Origin: an uncultured Acidobacteriota bacterium
GTDB lineage: Bacteria; Acidobacteriota; Thermoanaerobaculia; Multivoradales; UBA5704
Length of the DNA: 64,000 nt
Assembly: GCA_963770895.1 (NCBI GenBank)
Contig: CAVYRF010000002.1
Span: 3,136,001 to 3,200,000 of the forward strand
Reading direction: 5' to 3'
Shown here: positions 1 to 9,642 of the stretch, in pieces
Layout: each line of letters begins with the position of its first letter
Numbering within the stretch: position 1 is the stretch's first letter
The notes under the pieces: generated by a model
Told to the model about the DNA's origin: nothing
The model's input: the letters and a program-made list of their open reading frames with translations, nothing else
The model's database searches: none
Position numbers and translations under genes: made by a program

Positions 1-43
1 GAGCTTTGTTGTCTACCGATGGTTTCGTCCGCAGCGCCCTCGT

Positions 44-946
44 TTGTATAAGCTAACTGGCACAGCTGCGCTGCTCACCGCAACTATAACGGCCTTACTT
101 ATCTCGCTTTCCACCCATACAGAACGCCACCCCGCAACAGCTTCAGACATAGTAGCAACACGCCGACCGGAGCCAGAAAGCGCACCAAGCAATGGGGGCG
201 ATGCCGGCGTCGAGCGCCCCGACCCCACGGCCGGCCAGGCGCCCGGCGAGCAGGCGGCGCGGGCGGATGCCGCCCTGGCCATGCGGATACAGGACGAGGG
301 GGCCCGGGAACGGCGACCCGGCCGTGGACTGCGGTATTTGCGACGACGCCACGATGCACCACCTCCAGCGCCATCGGTCGACGACCTAATAAGTCAGATG
401 GCGACGGCACCGATGACGCTCACGGCGCCGCCTTCGATGCAGCGCGATGCGGCAGCGACCATCACCCTGGTGCTTGACCCTTCAAAGACCTTGGCTGACC
501 TCATGAAACAGTTCGACGCCAATCAGACAAAGGGGTACACTGTCAGGTTCGCAGACCGCATGCAGGCCACCCTTACCGGGGACGGCTTTGCCATCACGCC
601 ATCTGGTCCAAGTATCCAGGCGGTATCTGAAAAAGTGCCGACCCAGTGGAACTGGGACATTCGGGCGATCAAAAAAGGAAGCCAAAGTCTGGACGTAACG
701 CTCGATGCTCTCCTCATGGTCGACGGGTCGTCCACACCCCGCACTGTCAAGACATTTGTTCAGACCATAACGGTAGAAGTGACCACACCTCAAATACTCA
801 GTGACTTTTTCAAGGCCAACTGGCAATGGCTATGGGCCTCGATCTTGGTGCCCCTGGCTGGCTGGACAATGAGACGCAAGCCTCCCACTGCACAGGCTGC
901 GAGGCCAGGGATTCCGCGCGCATCGGTAAGGCTAGGCGATTCGTAG
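44..946 (+). CDS. hypothetical membrane-anchored protein (N-terminal hydrophobic segment, beta-rich C-terminal domain, C-terminal TM 'WQWLWASILVPLAGW')
   Basis: 300-aa ORF with a protein-like C-terminal half; codon usage less GC-rich than the rest of the window; start uncertain (TTG). Confidence 0.6.
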   Translation: MYKLTGTAALLTATITALLISLSTHTERHPATASDIVATRRPEPESAPSNGGDAGVERPDPTAGQAPGEQAARADAALAMRIQDEGARERRPGRGLRYLRRRHDAPPPAPSVDDLISQMATAPMTLTAPPSMQRDAAATITLVLDPSKTLADLMKQFDANQTKGYTVRFADRMQATLTGDGFAITPSGPSIQAVSEKVPTQWNWDIRAIKKGSQSLDVTLDALLMVDGSSTPRTVKTFVQTITVEVTTPQILSDFFKANWQWLWASILVPLAGWTMRRKPPTAQAARPGIPRASVRLGDS

Positions 947-974
947 GCACAACGATTCCAATTTAGTAACGGGA

Positions 975-1435
975 CCGAAGAGACGCCACTTTCGAAGAGA
1001 ACCAAGGCGGACGAGGACCTGAGCATCCGCATCCGATCGCTCCACGAGCGATCACGAGGTACTTACGGAGCGCCGCGGATCCAAGCCGAGCTGGCGCAGA
1101 AGGGCAACGCGTCAGCCGCAAACGAGTGGCACGATTGATGAGGCTGCTGGGCGTGCAAGGGGTCAGTCGTCGCCGGCAGTTTTGTACGACGATTCGCGAT
1201 CGGGCTGGACGCCAGGCGCCCGGCTTGGTGGAGCGCAAGTTTCAAGCCGCAGTTCGCGATCAGCTCTGGGTCGCAGACATCACCTATATCCCTACAGCGA
1301 CGGGCTTCCTGTACCTGGCCGTAGTGGTCGACGCCTGGAGTTGTTGGGTGGTCGGCTACCACGCATCTGCGTACCGAGCTCGTGCTGGAGGCTCTGGACA
1401 TGGCGATCGCCCAGCGCAGGCCCAGCGGGGGTGAT
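975..1435 (+). pseudogene. IS3-family transposase OrfB remnant (HTH_21 + partial rve integrase core), frameshifted and truncated
   Basis: Reads across frames: YGAPRIQAEL, VSRKRVARLMR, WVADITYIPTATGFLYLAVVVDAWS, HLRTELVLEALDMAIAQRRP; breaks off before the HSDQG motif; frame changes near 1105 and 1360. Confidence 0.9.
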
Positions 1436-1641
1436 TGATCTGCTCCCAATGACAGGTCAACTTGAAAGGTGAGTCCCCGCCGCCCAACACCGGTGGCGCC
1501 AGCTCAACGCCGCTCATTTGCGGCCTCCTCTTCGAGCCGGCGTCTCGTTACGCTTCATTGCCGCTGGCGGAGGGTTCGGCGTACAATGGCGGACCACCCC
1601 GGGGGGCTTTTGGCGCCGCCGACGGGTGCGGTACGTGCCCG

Positions 1642-3456
1642 ATGATCGAGCTGTCACAAGTCCCCTCCGAACTGTTCGCGCCGATCCTGGCGGGCAACCT
1701 GCGCCAGGTGGGGCCGCTGCACAAGCTGGTGGTGCACTTTCTGCGCGCGGTGCGGCTGCGGCTGGGGGCGGACGTGGCGTGGGTGACGCGGGTGGGGCAG
1801 GGGGAGCGGCTGCTGCCCGGCGACCGGCTGGTCGACGGCGCCGCGGCGCTGGCCGACGAGGCGTTGGCGGCGGCGTTCCTGCGCCACGAGCGGCCGGCGA
1901 TCCCGCCGCGGGTGGCGCTGGGGTCGCTGATCGTGCAGGGGCGGCAGGTGGCGGTGGTGGGCGCCGCGCGGCGCCTGGAGGACCTGGCGCCGGTGGCGCG
2001 GCGGGCGCTGCCGCGCCTGTGCGCGGTGCTGGGGCGGGAGCTGGCGCACCGCGAAGAGGAGCGGCTGGCGCGGGTGCTCGACCGCATCCGCGAAAAGATC
2101 GTCTCGGAGCTGCGGCCGCTCGACGTCGCGTACCAGATCCTGGACGGCCTGCACCAGCTGGTCGAGTACGACCACTCGTCGGCGTTCCTGGCCTATGACT
2201 GCGAGAATTGCGCCTTCCGCATCGAAGCCGAAAAGATCGTCTGGACCAAGGCCAAAAGCCCCTTCGTCGGGCGGGAGATCCGGCTGCCGGCCGAACGCAT
2301 CGGCAGGATCAGCCGCGGCATCGAGATCCACACCGTCCCCGAACCGGGGCCCGGCGGCGGCATGGTGCGGCTGGGCGACGGCTTTCGCGAGCTGCTCGAC
2401 TACCATCGCGAAGGCGGCAGCCCGCCGGTCACCAGCCTGCTGTCGGCGCCGCTCTTCTACGAGGGCGAATTTTTGGGCCTGCTCAAGATGGCGGCGTGGA
2501 AGCGGCAGCCCTTTGCGCGCCACGACCTGGACGTCGTGCAGCGCTTCCTGCCCGCCGCGGCGGTGTCGATGCGCAACGCGCGGGTCAACCGCTCGCTGGA
2601 GATGCAGGCCATCGAAGCGGAAGTGAAAGCCAGCCTGGTGACGCTTTCGCACGCCGTGGCGCACGACGTCAACAACGCGGTGGGCAGCATCCTGCCGCTG
2701 GCGCAGCAGATGCGCTTCGAGCTGCACCACGGCCAGCTGGATGCCGACACCTTCGACCGCGACCTGGGGGTGATCATCGACAACGCCCGCCTCTGCCAGC
2801 GGATCTTTTCCAACATGCTGCGGGTGGCGGGCACCGGGCGGGTGTCCGAAGGCCCGGTGGACGTGCCGCAGGTGGTGGCGGAAACCATGCCGTTCCTGCT
2901 GTCGCTCGCCGCGCGCCGCGGCATCGACATCGCGCTCGACCTGGCGCCGGGGCTGCCGGCGGTGCGCGCCGGACGGCAGGATCTGCAGCACATCGTCCTC
3001 AACCTGGTGCGCAACTCGCTGCAGGCGATGACGCCGCACGGCGCCCTGCCGGGGGCCAACGGGGTGCACGGCGCGGCGTACGGCCCTGCCGGCGAGGTGG
3101 CGGAACCGGCCGGTGTTCGTGGCGGTTTCGGCGGTGCTGCCGGCGTCGGCGGCGCCGGCCGCGCCGGCGACAGCGGCGGCAGGGTGGAGATCACGGTGCG
3201 CGGCGTCGACGGCGCCGTCGAGCTGGCGGTGGCCGACGACGGCCCCGGCATTCCGGCGGAGCTGCTGTCCAAGGTGCAGGAGCCGTTCTTTTCGACCCGT
3301 CCCGGCGGCTCCGGCCTGGGGCTGGCGATCTGCCGGGCGCTCGCCTGGCAGAACGGCGGCAGCCTCAAGATCCAGAGCCCGCTGGCCGGGCTGGACCGCG
3401 GCACCAAGGTCACCGTGCGGCTCGAAGCCGAGCGGCGCGCGGCGGAGCTGGCGTGA
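1642..3456 (+). CDS. GAF-domain sensor histidine kinase
   Basis: GAF-like region, H-box VAHDVNN, N-box NLVRNS, DDGPGI, PFFST, GSGLGL; ATG at 1642 preferred over the upstream TTG. Confidence 0.9.
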   Translation: MIELSQVPSELFAPILAGNLRQVGPLHKLVVHFLRAVRLRLGADVAWVTRVGQGERLLPGDRLVDGAAALADEALAAAFLRHERPAIPPRVALGSLIVQGRQVAVVGAARRLEDLAPVARRALPRLCAVLGRELAHREEERLARVLDRIREKIVSELRPLDVAYQILDGLHQLVEYDHSSAFLAYDCENCAFRIEAEKIVWTKAKSPFVGREIRLPAERIGRISRGIEIHTVPEPGPGGGMVRLGDGFRELLDYHREGGSPPVTSLLSAPLFYEGEFLGLLKMAAWKRQPFARHDLDVVQRFLPAAAVSMRNARVNRSLEMQAIEAEVKASLVTLSHAVAHDVNNAVGSILPLAQQMRFELHHGQLDADTFDRDLGVIIDNARLCQRIFSNMLRVAGTGRVSEGPVDVPQVVAETMPFLLSLAARRGIDIALDLAPGLPAVRAGRQDLQHIVLNLVRNSLQAMTPHGALPGANGVHGAAYGPAGEVAEPAGVRGGFGGAAGVGGAGRAGDSGGRVEITVRGVDGAVELAVADDGPGIPAELLSKVQEPFFSTRPGGSGLGLAICRALAWQNGGSLKIQSPLAGLDRGTKVTVRLEAERRAAELA

Positions 3457-4862
3457 GCGGGCGCGACCGCATTCTGGTGGTGGACGACGATCCCGGCATG
3501 CGCCGGGCGCTGCAGCGCATCCTGGCGCCCTGGTACGACGTGGAAACCGCCGCCGGAGCGACCGCGGCGCTGGCCCGCCTGCGGATCCCCGCCGTCCCGC
3601 TCGCCGCGGCGGGCCAGGCTAGCGCGGCTGGCGCGGCCGGCGGCGCGCCCGCGACGGGCGCCGGGACCGGCGGCACGGCGGTGGCGACGCCGACGCCGGC
3701 GCACGTGGAAGGCAATGACGGAGGGGGCGGCGGCGGTGGCATTGCGCTCGCCCTGGTGGACGTGCGGCTGATGGAGGGCGACGGCTACTCGCTGTGCCAG
3801 GCGATCCGCGAAGGGCGCCCCGAAACCGACGTCATCCTGATCACCGGGTCGCTGTCGCAGCCGGACGAAAAGCTGTACCGCTCGCTCGAGCAGGGGGCGT
3901 TCTACTTCCTGTTCAAGCCTTTCGACCGGCGGGTGCTGCTGGCGCTGGTCGAGCGCTGTCTGCGCCTGCAGCGCGAGCGCGCCGACAAGGAGCGCTTCGG
4001 CCAGGTGCTGGCCGCCGATCTGGAGCGTGCGCGCCGCTTCCAGCACAGCCTGCTGCCGCGGCAGGCGGTCGCCGCCGGCGGCTGGCGGCTTGAGGGGCGC
4101 CTGCTGTCGTGCGACGCCCTGGGGGGCGACATGTTCCAGGCTCACGCCGGCCCCGACGGCGTGGTGTGGGCGGTGACCGACGTGGTGGGCCACGGTGTCG
4201 CCGCCGCGATGTACGCCGGCATGCTGCGCTCGACCCTGGACGCGGCGCGCCGCCGCAGCCCGGAACCGCGCGACATGATCGGGGAGCTGCTGGCGGGGAT
4301 CGATTTTTTCGAAGCCGCCAAGTACGCCACCATGGTCTACGGCCTGCTGCGGCCCGATGGCACGCTGCGCTACGTCAACGCCGGCCATCCGGCGCCGCTG
4401 TGGTTGCATGGCTCTACGGGGTCGCCGGGGACTCGGGGGGGCGCTGCAGCCCAGGGCGCTGATGGTGTCGCGGCAGGCGCCGGAGGCACGGCTGGCGATC
4501 GCCTGGCTGGCGCCTTGCGTGCTGCCGTCCAGCCGCTGCCGGCGACCGGCTTCTTTCTCAGTACGGCGTTTCGCGATCGCCCGCACACGCCGGCCGAAAT
4601 CGTCATGCTGCCGGGAGACCGTCTGCTGGTGTATACCGACGGTGCCTCCGAAGCGTGCGGACCGGCGGGGCAGGAGCTGGGTGCGGCAGCCCTGGCCCAG
4701 GCCCTGGAGGCGTGCCGCGCCCTGCCGCTGACCGACGCCCTGGATGCGCTGCTCGAGCGCATCCGCGATCATTGCGGCGGGTCGCCGATCGACGACGACG
4801 TGACCCTGCTGCTGATCGAACGCACCGCCGCCACTGCCGCCGCGCAGAAAGGGACCGGGTAA
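3453..4862 (+). CDS. response regulator receiver fused to PP2C/SpoIIE Ser/Thr phosphatase (RsbU/RsbP-like)
   Basis: GTGA overlap with the kinase stop; ILVVDDD, LVDVRL, FKPF; GGD, DVVGHG, NAGHP, YTDG, DDVT phosphatase motifs. Confidence 0.92.
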   Translation: MSGRDRILVVDDDPGMRRALQRILAPWYDVETAAGATAALARLRIPAVPLAAAGQASAAGAAGGAPATGAGTGGTAVATPTPAHVEGNDGGGGGGGIALALVDVRLMEGDGYSLCQAIREGRPETDVILITGSLSQPDEKLYRSLEQGAFYFLFKPFDRRVLLALVERCLRLQRERADKERFGQVLAADLERARRFQHSLLPRQAVAAGGWRLEGRLLSCDALGGDMFQAHAGPDGVVWAVTDVVGHGVAAAMYAGMLRSTLDAARRRSPEPRDMIGELLAGIDFFEAAKYATMVYGLLRPDGTLRYVNAGHPAPLWLHGSTGSPGTRGGAAAQGADGVAAGAGGTAGDRLAGALRAAVQPLPATGFFLSTAFRDRPHTPAEIVMLPGDRLLVYTDGASEACGPAGQELGAAALAQALEACRALPLTDALDALLERIRDHCGGSPIDDDVTLLLIERTAATAAAQKGTG

Positions 4863-4864
4863 CC

Positions 4865-6280
4865 ATGGCCGACGTGGCAGATCTCATCCAGGCTCTCCGG
4901 GGGGTGGCGATTTTCGCCGACCTCGAGGAAGAGCAGCTGCGCTGGCTGGCGGAGCAGTGCACCGAGCGGTGGCTGGAGCCGGGAGAAGCCTGGTTGGTGG
5001 AGGGGGCGCCCGCCGACTCCATGGTGATCATCCTCCAGGGGGAAATCCATGGGCGGCGCGAAAAGAACCCCGGCGACAGCTCGGTGGTCGTCATCGGCCA
5101 GGGCGAGGTGAGCGGCATGCTGCCCTTCTCTCGCATGACGACCTTCGGCATCACCGGCCGGGCGGTGGTGCGTTCCCACGTGCTGGCGTTTCCGGCCGTC
5201 CGCTTCCCCGAAATGCTGCGCCGCATCCCGGCGCTCGAGCCGCGCCTGATCGGTTTGCTCACCGACCGGGTGCGCGAAACGGCACGCCGCGATCAGCAGC
5301 GCGAAAAGCTGATGGCGTTGGGTAAGCTCTCGGCCGGCCTGGCGCATGAACTGAACAATCCCGCCGCGGCCGTGCAGCGCTCGGCCGGGGAGCTGCGCGA
5401 CCGCCTGGTGGCGCTGCGCAGCCTGGCGGGCAAGCTGATCGAATGCGGGCCGACGTCCGAATCGATGCAGGCCGCGGTGGACCTGTACCGCAGCGCCATC
5501 GAGCGCAGCCGCCGCAACGGCGCCGAGCTGGACCCGCTGGTCCGCAGCGACCGCGAAGAGGCGCTGGGCGACTGGTTGCAGGAGCACAAGGTGGAGCGCC
5601 CATGGATTCTGGCCGGCACCCTGGCGGGCGTCGGCGTCCAGCCGGCGGAGCTGGACCAGCTGGCGGCGGTGGCGCCGGGGCCGTTTCTGCCCTGCCTGGT
5701 GTCGTGGATGGAGGGCGGCCTGGCTGCCGAGGGCCTGCTGTCAGAGATCGCCAGCGCCGCGCACCGCATCACCGAGCTGGTCGCGGCCATCAAGTCCTAC
5801 TCGCACATGGATGACGGCCAGGGGAGCGCCGAGATCGACCTGCGGCGCGAGATCGAAAGCACGCTGACGATCCTGGCGCACAAGCTGCGCAAAAAGGGCG
5901 TGCAGGTGACCCGCGACTTCGCCGCCGACCTGCCGCCGCTGGTGGTCTATCCGGGAGAGCTCAACCAGGTCTGGACCAACCTGCTCGACAACGCCGCCGA
6001 CGCCGTGGCCCAGGGCGGTCACATCACCGTCCGCGCCATCCGCGAGGGCGACGCGGTGCGGGTGGAGATCCGCGACGACGGCCCCGGTATCCCGGAAGCC
6101 ATCCAGTCGCGGATCTGGGAACCCTTCTTCACCACCAAGCCGGTCGGCGAAGGCACCGGTCTGGGGCTGGAGATCGCCCAGCGCATCGTGGTGCGCCGCC
6201 ACCACGGCACCATGTCGCTGGCCTCGGTCCCCGGCGACACCTGCTTCACGGTGCGGCTGCCGCTGACGCAGCCGCACTAG
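4865..6280 (+). CDS. cyclic nucleotide-binding domain sensor histidine kinase
   Basis: N-terminal cNMP-like domain; LAHELNNP, NQVWTNLLDNA, DDGPGI, PFFTTK, GTGLGL. Confidence 0.92.
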   Translation: MADVADLIQALRGVAIFADLEEEQLRWLAEQCTERWLEPGEAWLVEGAPADSMVIILQGEIHGRREKNPGDSSVVVIGQGEVSGMLPFSRMTTFGITGRAVVRSHVLAFPAVRFPEMLRRIPALEPRLIGLLTDRVRETARRDQQREKLMALGKLSAGLAHELNNPAAAVQRSAGELRDRLVALRSLAGKLIECGPTSESMQAAVDLYRSAIERSRRNGAELDPLVRSDREEALGDWLQEHKVERPWILAGTLAGVGVQPAELDQLAAVAPGPFLPCLVSWMEGGLAAEGLLSEIASAAHRITELVAAIKSYSHMDDGQGSAEIDLRREIESTLTILAHKLRKKGVQVTRDFAADLPPLVVYPGELNQVWTNLLDNAADAVAQGGHITVRAIREGDAVRVEIRDDGPGIPEAIQSRIWEPFFTTKPVGEGTGLGLEIAQRIVVRRHHGTMSLASVPGDTCFTVRLPLTQPH

Positions 6281-6303
6281 CCGCGCAGTCTAGTGGCCTG
6301 GCA

Positions 6304-8331
6304 CTAGCCGCGCCAGTCCAGGATCTTGTCGACCGCGGACTGGGTGACGGAGTGATAGCCGGGGCGGGCGCGGATGTAGATGCGCAGCGCGGTTTCGGTG
6401 CCGGCGGCGGTCTTGCCCATTTCCGTGTACAGCGGTTCGACGTACTTGCCGCGGCCGACGGTCAGCAGGAAGCGTTCCAGGGTGGCGTTGGCGGGTGCAT
6501 AGCCGGTGCGCACCGCGAGCAGCAGCCAGCGGTCCAGGATCTCGTCGTTGCCGCTGGCGGTGAAGTGAAACGCGGTGTCCAGCTCCGCCATCTGCGCGGC
6601 GGTCGTCGCCGGCGGCAGGTCGTGCAGGAAGTGCAGCCACTGGAAGGTGGCCCAGCCGGTGGTGGCAAGCTGCGACGGGGGAGTGCCCTGGGTGAAGGCC
6701 GCCGCCTGCTGATCCACCTTGGTGAACGCCGCGGAGTGGACGGTGATGGCGTTGGCCGGCAGCCCGGTGCCGTACAGCCAATCGTCCAGGCGCAGCGATT
6801 CGGCCAGACCCGGACTGGCGTCCAGCAGGTGCTCCTTCAGGTAGGCGGCAAAGCGGCGCGTGTCCATCGACTGAAAGGCGAAGGCGGCAAAATACTCGCG
6901 CAGGAAGCGATCGAAGCGCGGCCGCCCCACCGAGGACTCGATCGTCGACAGGAAGAGCGCCCCCTTTTCGTAGCCGATGAGCGAGGTGGCTTCGTCGGGG
7001 TCGCGGCCGGCCGCGTCCAGGTGCAGGCGGGTGTCGGGGCTGGTCATCCCCATCTCGTGCAGGGTGTCGTCCAGGTCGGCGCGGCCGAGCACCTTCAGCA
7101 TGTCGGCGTAGTCCCGGCCGTACAGCGACTCCATGATGCGCCGCTCGAAGTAGACGGTGAAGCCTTCGTTGAGCCAGAAATCGTTCCAGGTGGCGTTGGT
7201 GACCAGGTTGCCCGACCACGAATGCGCCAGCTCGTGGGCGACCACCGACACCAGGGAGCGGTCGCCGGCCAGCAGGGTGGGGGTGGCGAAGGTGAGGCGC
7301 GGGTTTTCCATGCCGCCGTACGGGTAGCTGGGCGGCAGCACCAACAGGTCGTAGCGCCCCCATCGATAGGGGCCGTACAGCTTTTCGGCGGCGTCCATCA
7401 TGCGCGGTATGTCGGCCAGCTCCCAGGCGGCGCGGTCGATCACGGTGGGCAGCGCGTACACGCCGCTGCGGTTGGACAGCGGCTTCCAGGCGATGTCGCC
7501 CACCGCCAGCGCCAGCAGGTAGGACGGGATCGCCTGCGGCATCTTGAAGCGATAGACCCCGTCGGCGCTGCGCGCGGTGGGATTTTCAGCGCTCATCACC
7601 GCCATCGCGCCCGGCGGCACGCGCACCGTCGCCTCGTAGGTCTGGCGCACCGACGGCGTGTCCTGGCACGGCACCCAGGTGCGCGCCAGGATGGCCTCCG
7701 ATTGGGTGTACAGAAACGGTTGCAGGCTGCCGGCCTGCGCCGGCGTCAGCCACTGCAGCGCCGCGGCCTGGGGACGGGTGGCGTAGGTGATGATCACCGC
7801 CGGTGCGTCGGGCGGGACGCGGATGGCGAGCGCGCTGCCGACAAAGGGCGCCGGAGCGCTGAGCGTGAACGGCACCTCCGTCTTGCCGTCGGCCAGCGTG
7901 ACGCGCCGGATGTCCAGGTCGCGGCTATCCAGGTACAGCGTGTCGGCGCGGCTCCCGTGACGCAGCCGCAGGGTGGCGGTGCCGGTCAGCTGCCGGGCGG
8001 CAAAATCGACCGTCAGGTCGAGCGCCAGGTGGTCGACCGCCACCTCCCAAGGCCGCGCAAAGCTGTGCGGGTCGGTCTCCGCCGGGGCGGTCGCGGCGGT
8101 GGCGCCGCCGCCGGCGGGCGCGGACCCGGCGGCAGCGGTGGCGGTGGAGGATGGCTCGCCGGGGCCGGCGCCGGGCTGCGTCCCGGCGGGTGTGCCGGAC
8201 GCTGCGCCGCCGGGTGCCGCGGCAGGGGCCGGCGCCGGCGGCGTGTGCGGTGCGGAGGCGCAGGCTGCCAGCCACGCCAGGCAGCCCGCCAGCGCGATCG
8301 AGATCCAGAGAGAACGCTTGCAGACGCGCAT
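6304..8331 (-). CDS. M1 family aminopeptidase (leukotriene A4 hydrolase-like), probable lipoprotein
   Basis: GGMEN, HELAH(x18)E (WLNEG), YEKG motifs; signal peptide with lipobox-like LAAC; ATG at 8331. Confidence 0.95.
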   Translation of the reverse strand: MRVCKRSLWISIALAGCLAWLAACASAPHTPPAPAPAAAPGGAASGTPAGTQPGAGPGEPSSTATAAAGSAPAGGGATAATAPAETDPHSFARPWEVAVDHLALDLTVDFAARQLTGTATLRLRHGSRADTLYLDSRDLDIRRVTLADGKTEVPFTLSAPAPFVGSALAIRVPPDAPAVIITYATRPQAAALQWLTPAQAGSLQPFLYTQSEAILARTWVPCQDTPSVRQTYEATVRVPPGAMAVMSAENPTARSADGVYRFKMPQAIPSYLLALAVGDIAWKPLSNRSGVYALPTVIDRAAWELADIPRMMDAAEKLYGPYRWGRYDLLVLPPSYPYGGMENPRLTFATPTLLAGDRSLVSVVAHELAHSWSGNLVTNATWNDFWLNEGFTVYFERRIMESLYGRDYADMLKVLGRADLDDTLHEMGMTSPDTRLHLDAAGRDPDEATSLIGYEKGALFLSTIESSVGRPRFDRFLREYFAAFAFQSMDTRRFAAYLKEHLLDASPGLAESLRLDDWLYGTGLPANAITVHSAAFTKVDQQAAAFTQGTPPSQLATTGWATFQWLHFLHDLPPATTAAQMAELDTAFHFTASGNDEILDRWLLLAVRTGYAPANATLERFLLTVGRGKYVEPLYTEMGKTAAGTETALRIYIRARPGYHSVTQSAVDKILDWRG

Positions 8332-8390
8332 GAGTGCTCCTCGCAGGCCAGGATGTCGCGACCGCCGCGCCGCCCGCCCGGACCGGCGCA

Positions 8391-9449
8391 TTATAGCGGC
8401 CGGTCGCGCGGCGCCACGGCCGGGCGCACCGACACCGGCGGCTCGCCGCGGTCGAGCGCGCCGTGGACCCGCTGCACCAGGGCGTACACCTCGGGCCGGG
8501 TGAGCTTGGCGCCCGGCCCTGCCGCTTCGACGCGGTCCAGCGTGGCATAGGCCAGCTCGACCGGCAGGGCGGTGAAGGCGACCACGCCGCGTTGGGCGCC
8601 GTGGCGCTGCAGCAGCAGCACGTACTCGGCGGCGGCGCGCAGGTTGGAGCGGGCCAGCGCCAGCACTTCGGCCCGCGGCACGTCTTCCGGCAGGTAGCGC
8701 CGTCCCTCGACGAAATCCGAGTCCGAGTCCTTCAGGATGTTGACCAGCTGCAGGCCCTCGCCAAACGCGCGCGAGCGGTCGCGGAGCGCCGCGGCGCCGG
8801 CGGCCAGCGCCGGATAGTTCAGCAGGAACAGCTCGGTCAGCAGCTCGCCGACGATGCCGGCGACGACGTAGCAATAGGCGCGCAGATCGTCCAGGTCGCG
8901 CAGCAGCAGCTGGCCGCGATCGTCGGTGCGCGCCACGAAGCCGGCCATGCCGCGCGCGGTGCGCAGCGTGTGCTCGCGCGTCAGCTCGACGGCGGCCGGC
9001 GCCAGGGCGAAGAAGGCGTCCAGCACCTGCGGGGTCTCGGCCAGCAGCTCGCGATACGCGGCCTGGTCGCACGGCACCTCGGCCGCCCAGGCGCGCGCCG
9101 TGGCGGCGATCTCGCGCCGGTCCGGCCGCAGCAGCAGGCGCTCGAACGTCGCGAGCGCCCCGATGCGCTCGCCGCGCGGCCAGCGCGCCGCATCCTCGAA
9201 CGTGTCGGCGATGCGGAACAGCAGGTACGCGATGGTGACCTGGCGGCGGGCCGGCTCGGGCAGGTGCGGAATCGACAGCGCAAACGTGCGGCTGGTGGCG
9301 ATCAGCAGCTGCTCCAGGTCGGGCCGCAGCTCGTCGGCCTCCTCGGCATTGGCCTGGTCGGGCCTTGCCGCCTGGTCGGCCTGGTCGCCCCCTGCGGCCG
9401 CACCGGCCCGCGGGTCGCCCTGCGCCTCGGTGTCGCCTCCGGCACCCAT
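8391..9449 (-). CDS. squalene/phytoene synthase family protein (squalene synthase-like)
   Basis: SRTFAL, RIADTFED, YCYVVAGIVG, LQLVNILKD motifs of head-to-head prenyl synthases. Confidence 0.9.
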   Translation of the reverse strand: MGAGGDTEAQGDPRAGAAAGGDQADQAARPDQANAEEADELRPDLEQLLIATSRTFALSIPHLPEPARRQVTIAYLLFRIADTFEDAARWPRGERIGALATFERLLLRPDRREIAATARAWAAEVPCDQAAYRELLAETPQVLDAFFALAPAAVELTREHTLRTARGMAGFVARTDDRGQLLLRDLDDLRAYCYVVAGIVGELLTELFLLNYPALAAGAAALRDRSRAFGEGLQLVNILKDSDSDFVEGRRYLPEDVPRAEVLALARSNLRAAAEYVLLLQRHGAQRGVVAFTALPVELAYATLDRVEAAGPGAKLTRPEVYALVQRVHGALDRGEPPVSVRPAVAPRDRPL

Positions 9450-9642
9450 GGGTCAAGGATACCAGGAGCGGCGCGGCGGACCGCCCCCTCGTCGTCTGGC
9501 GGCCCCGCCCGGCCCCGTCGACCCGCGCTGGCCCACGGCCAGGAGCGGCGGCAGCCGCTAGTGCGGGACACCAGATCGACTTTTTGTTTTTGGTAAGATT
9601 GTGGATCTGCGTTCAACGAATTGACCGGCGAGGGAGCTTTGG

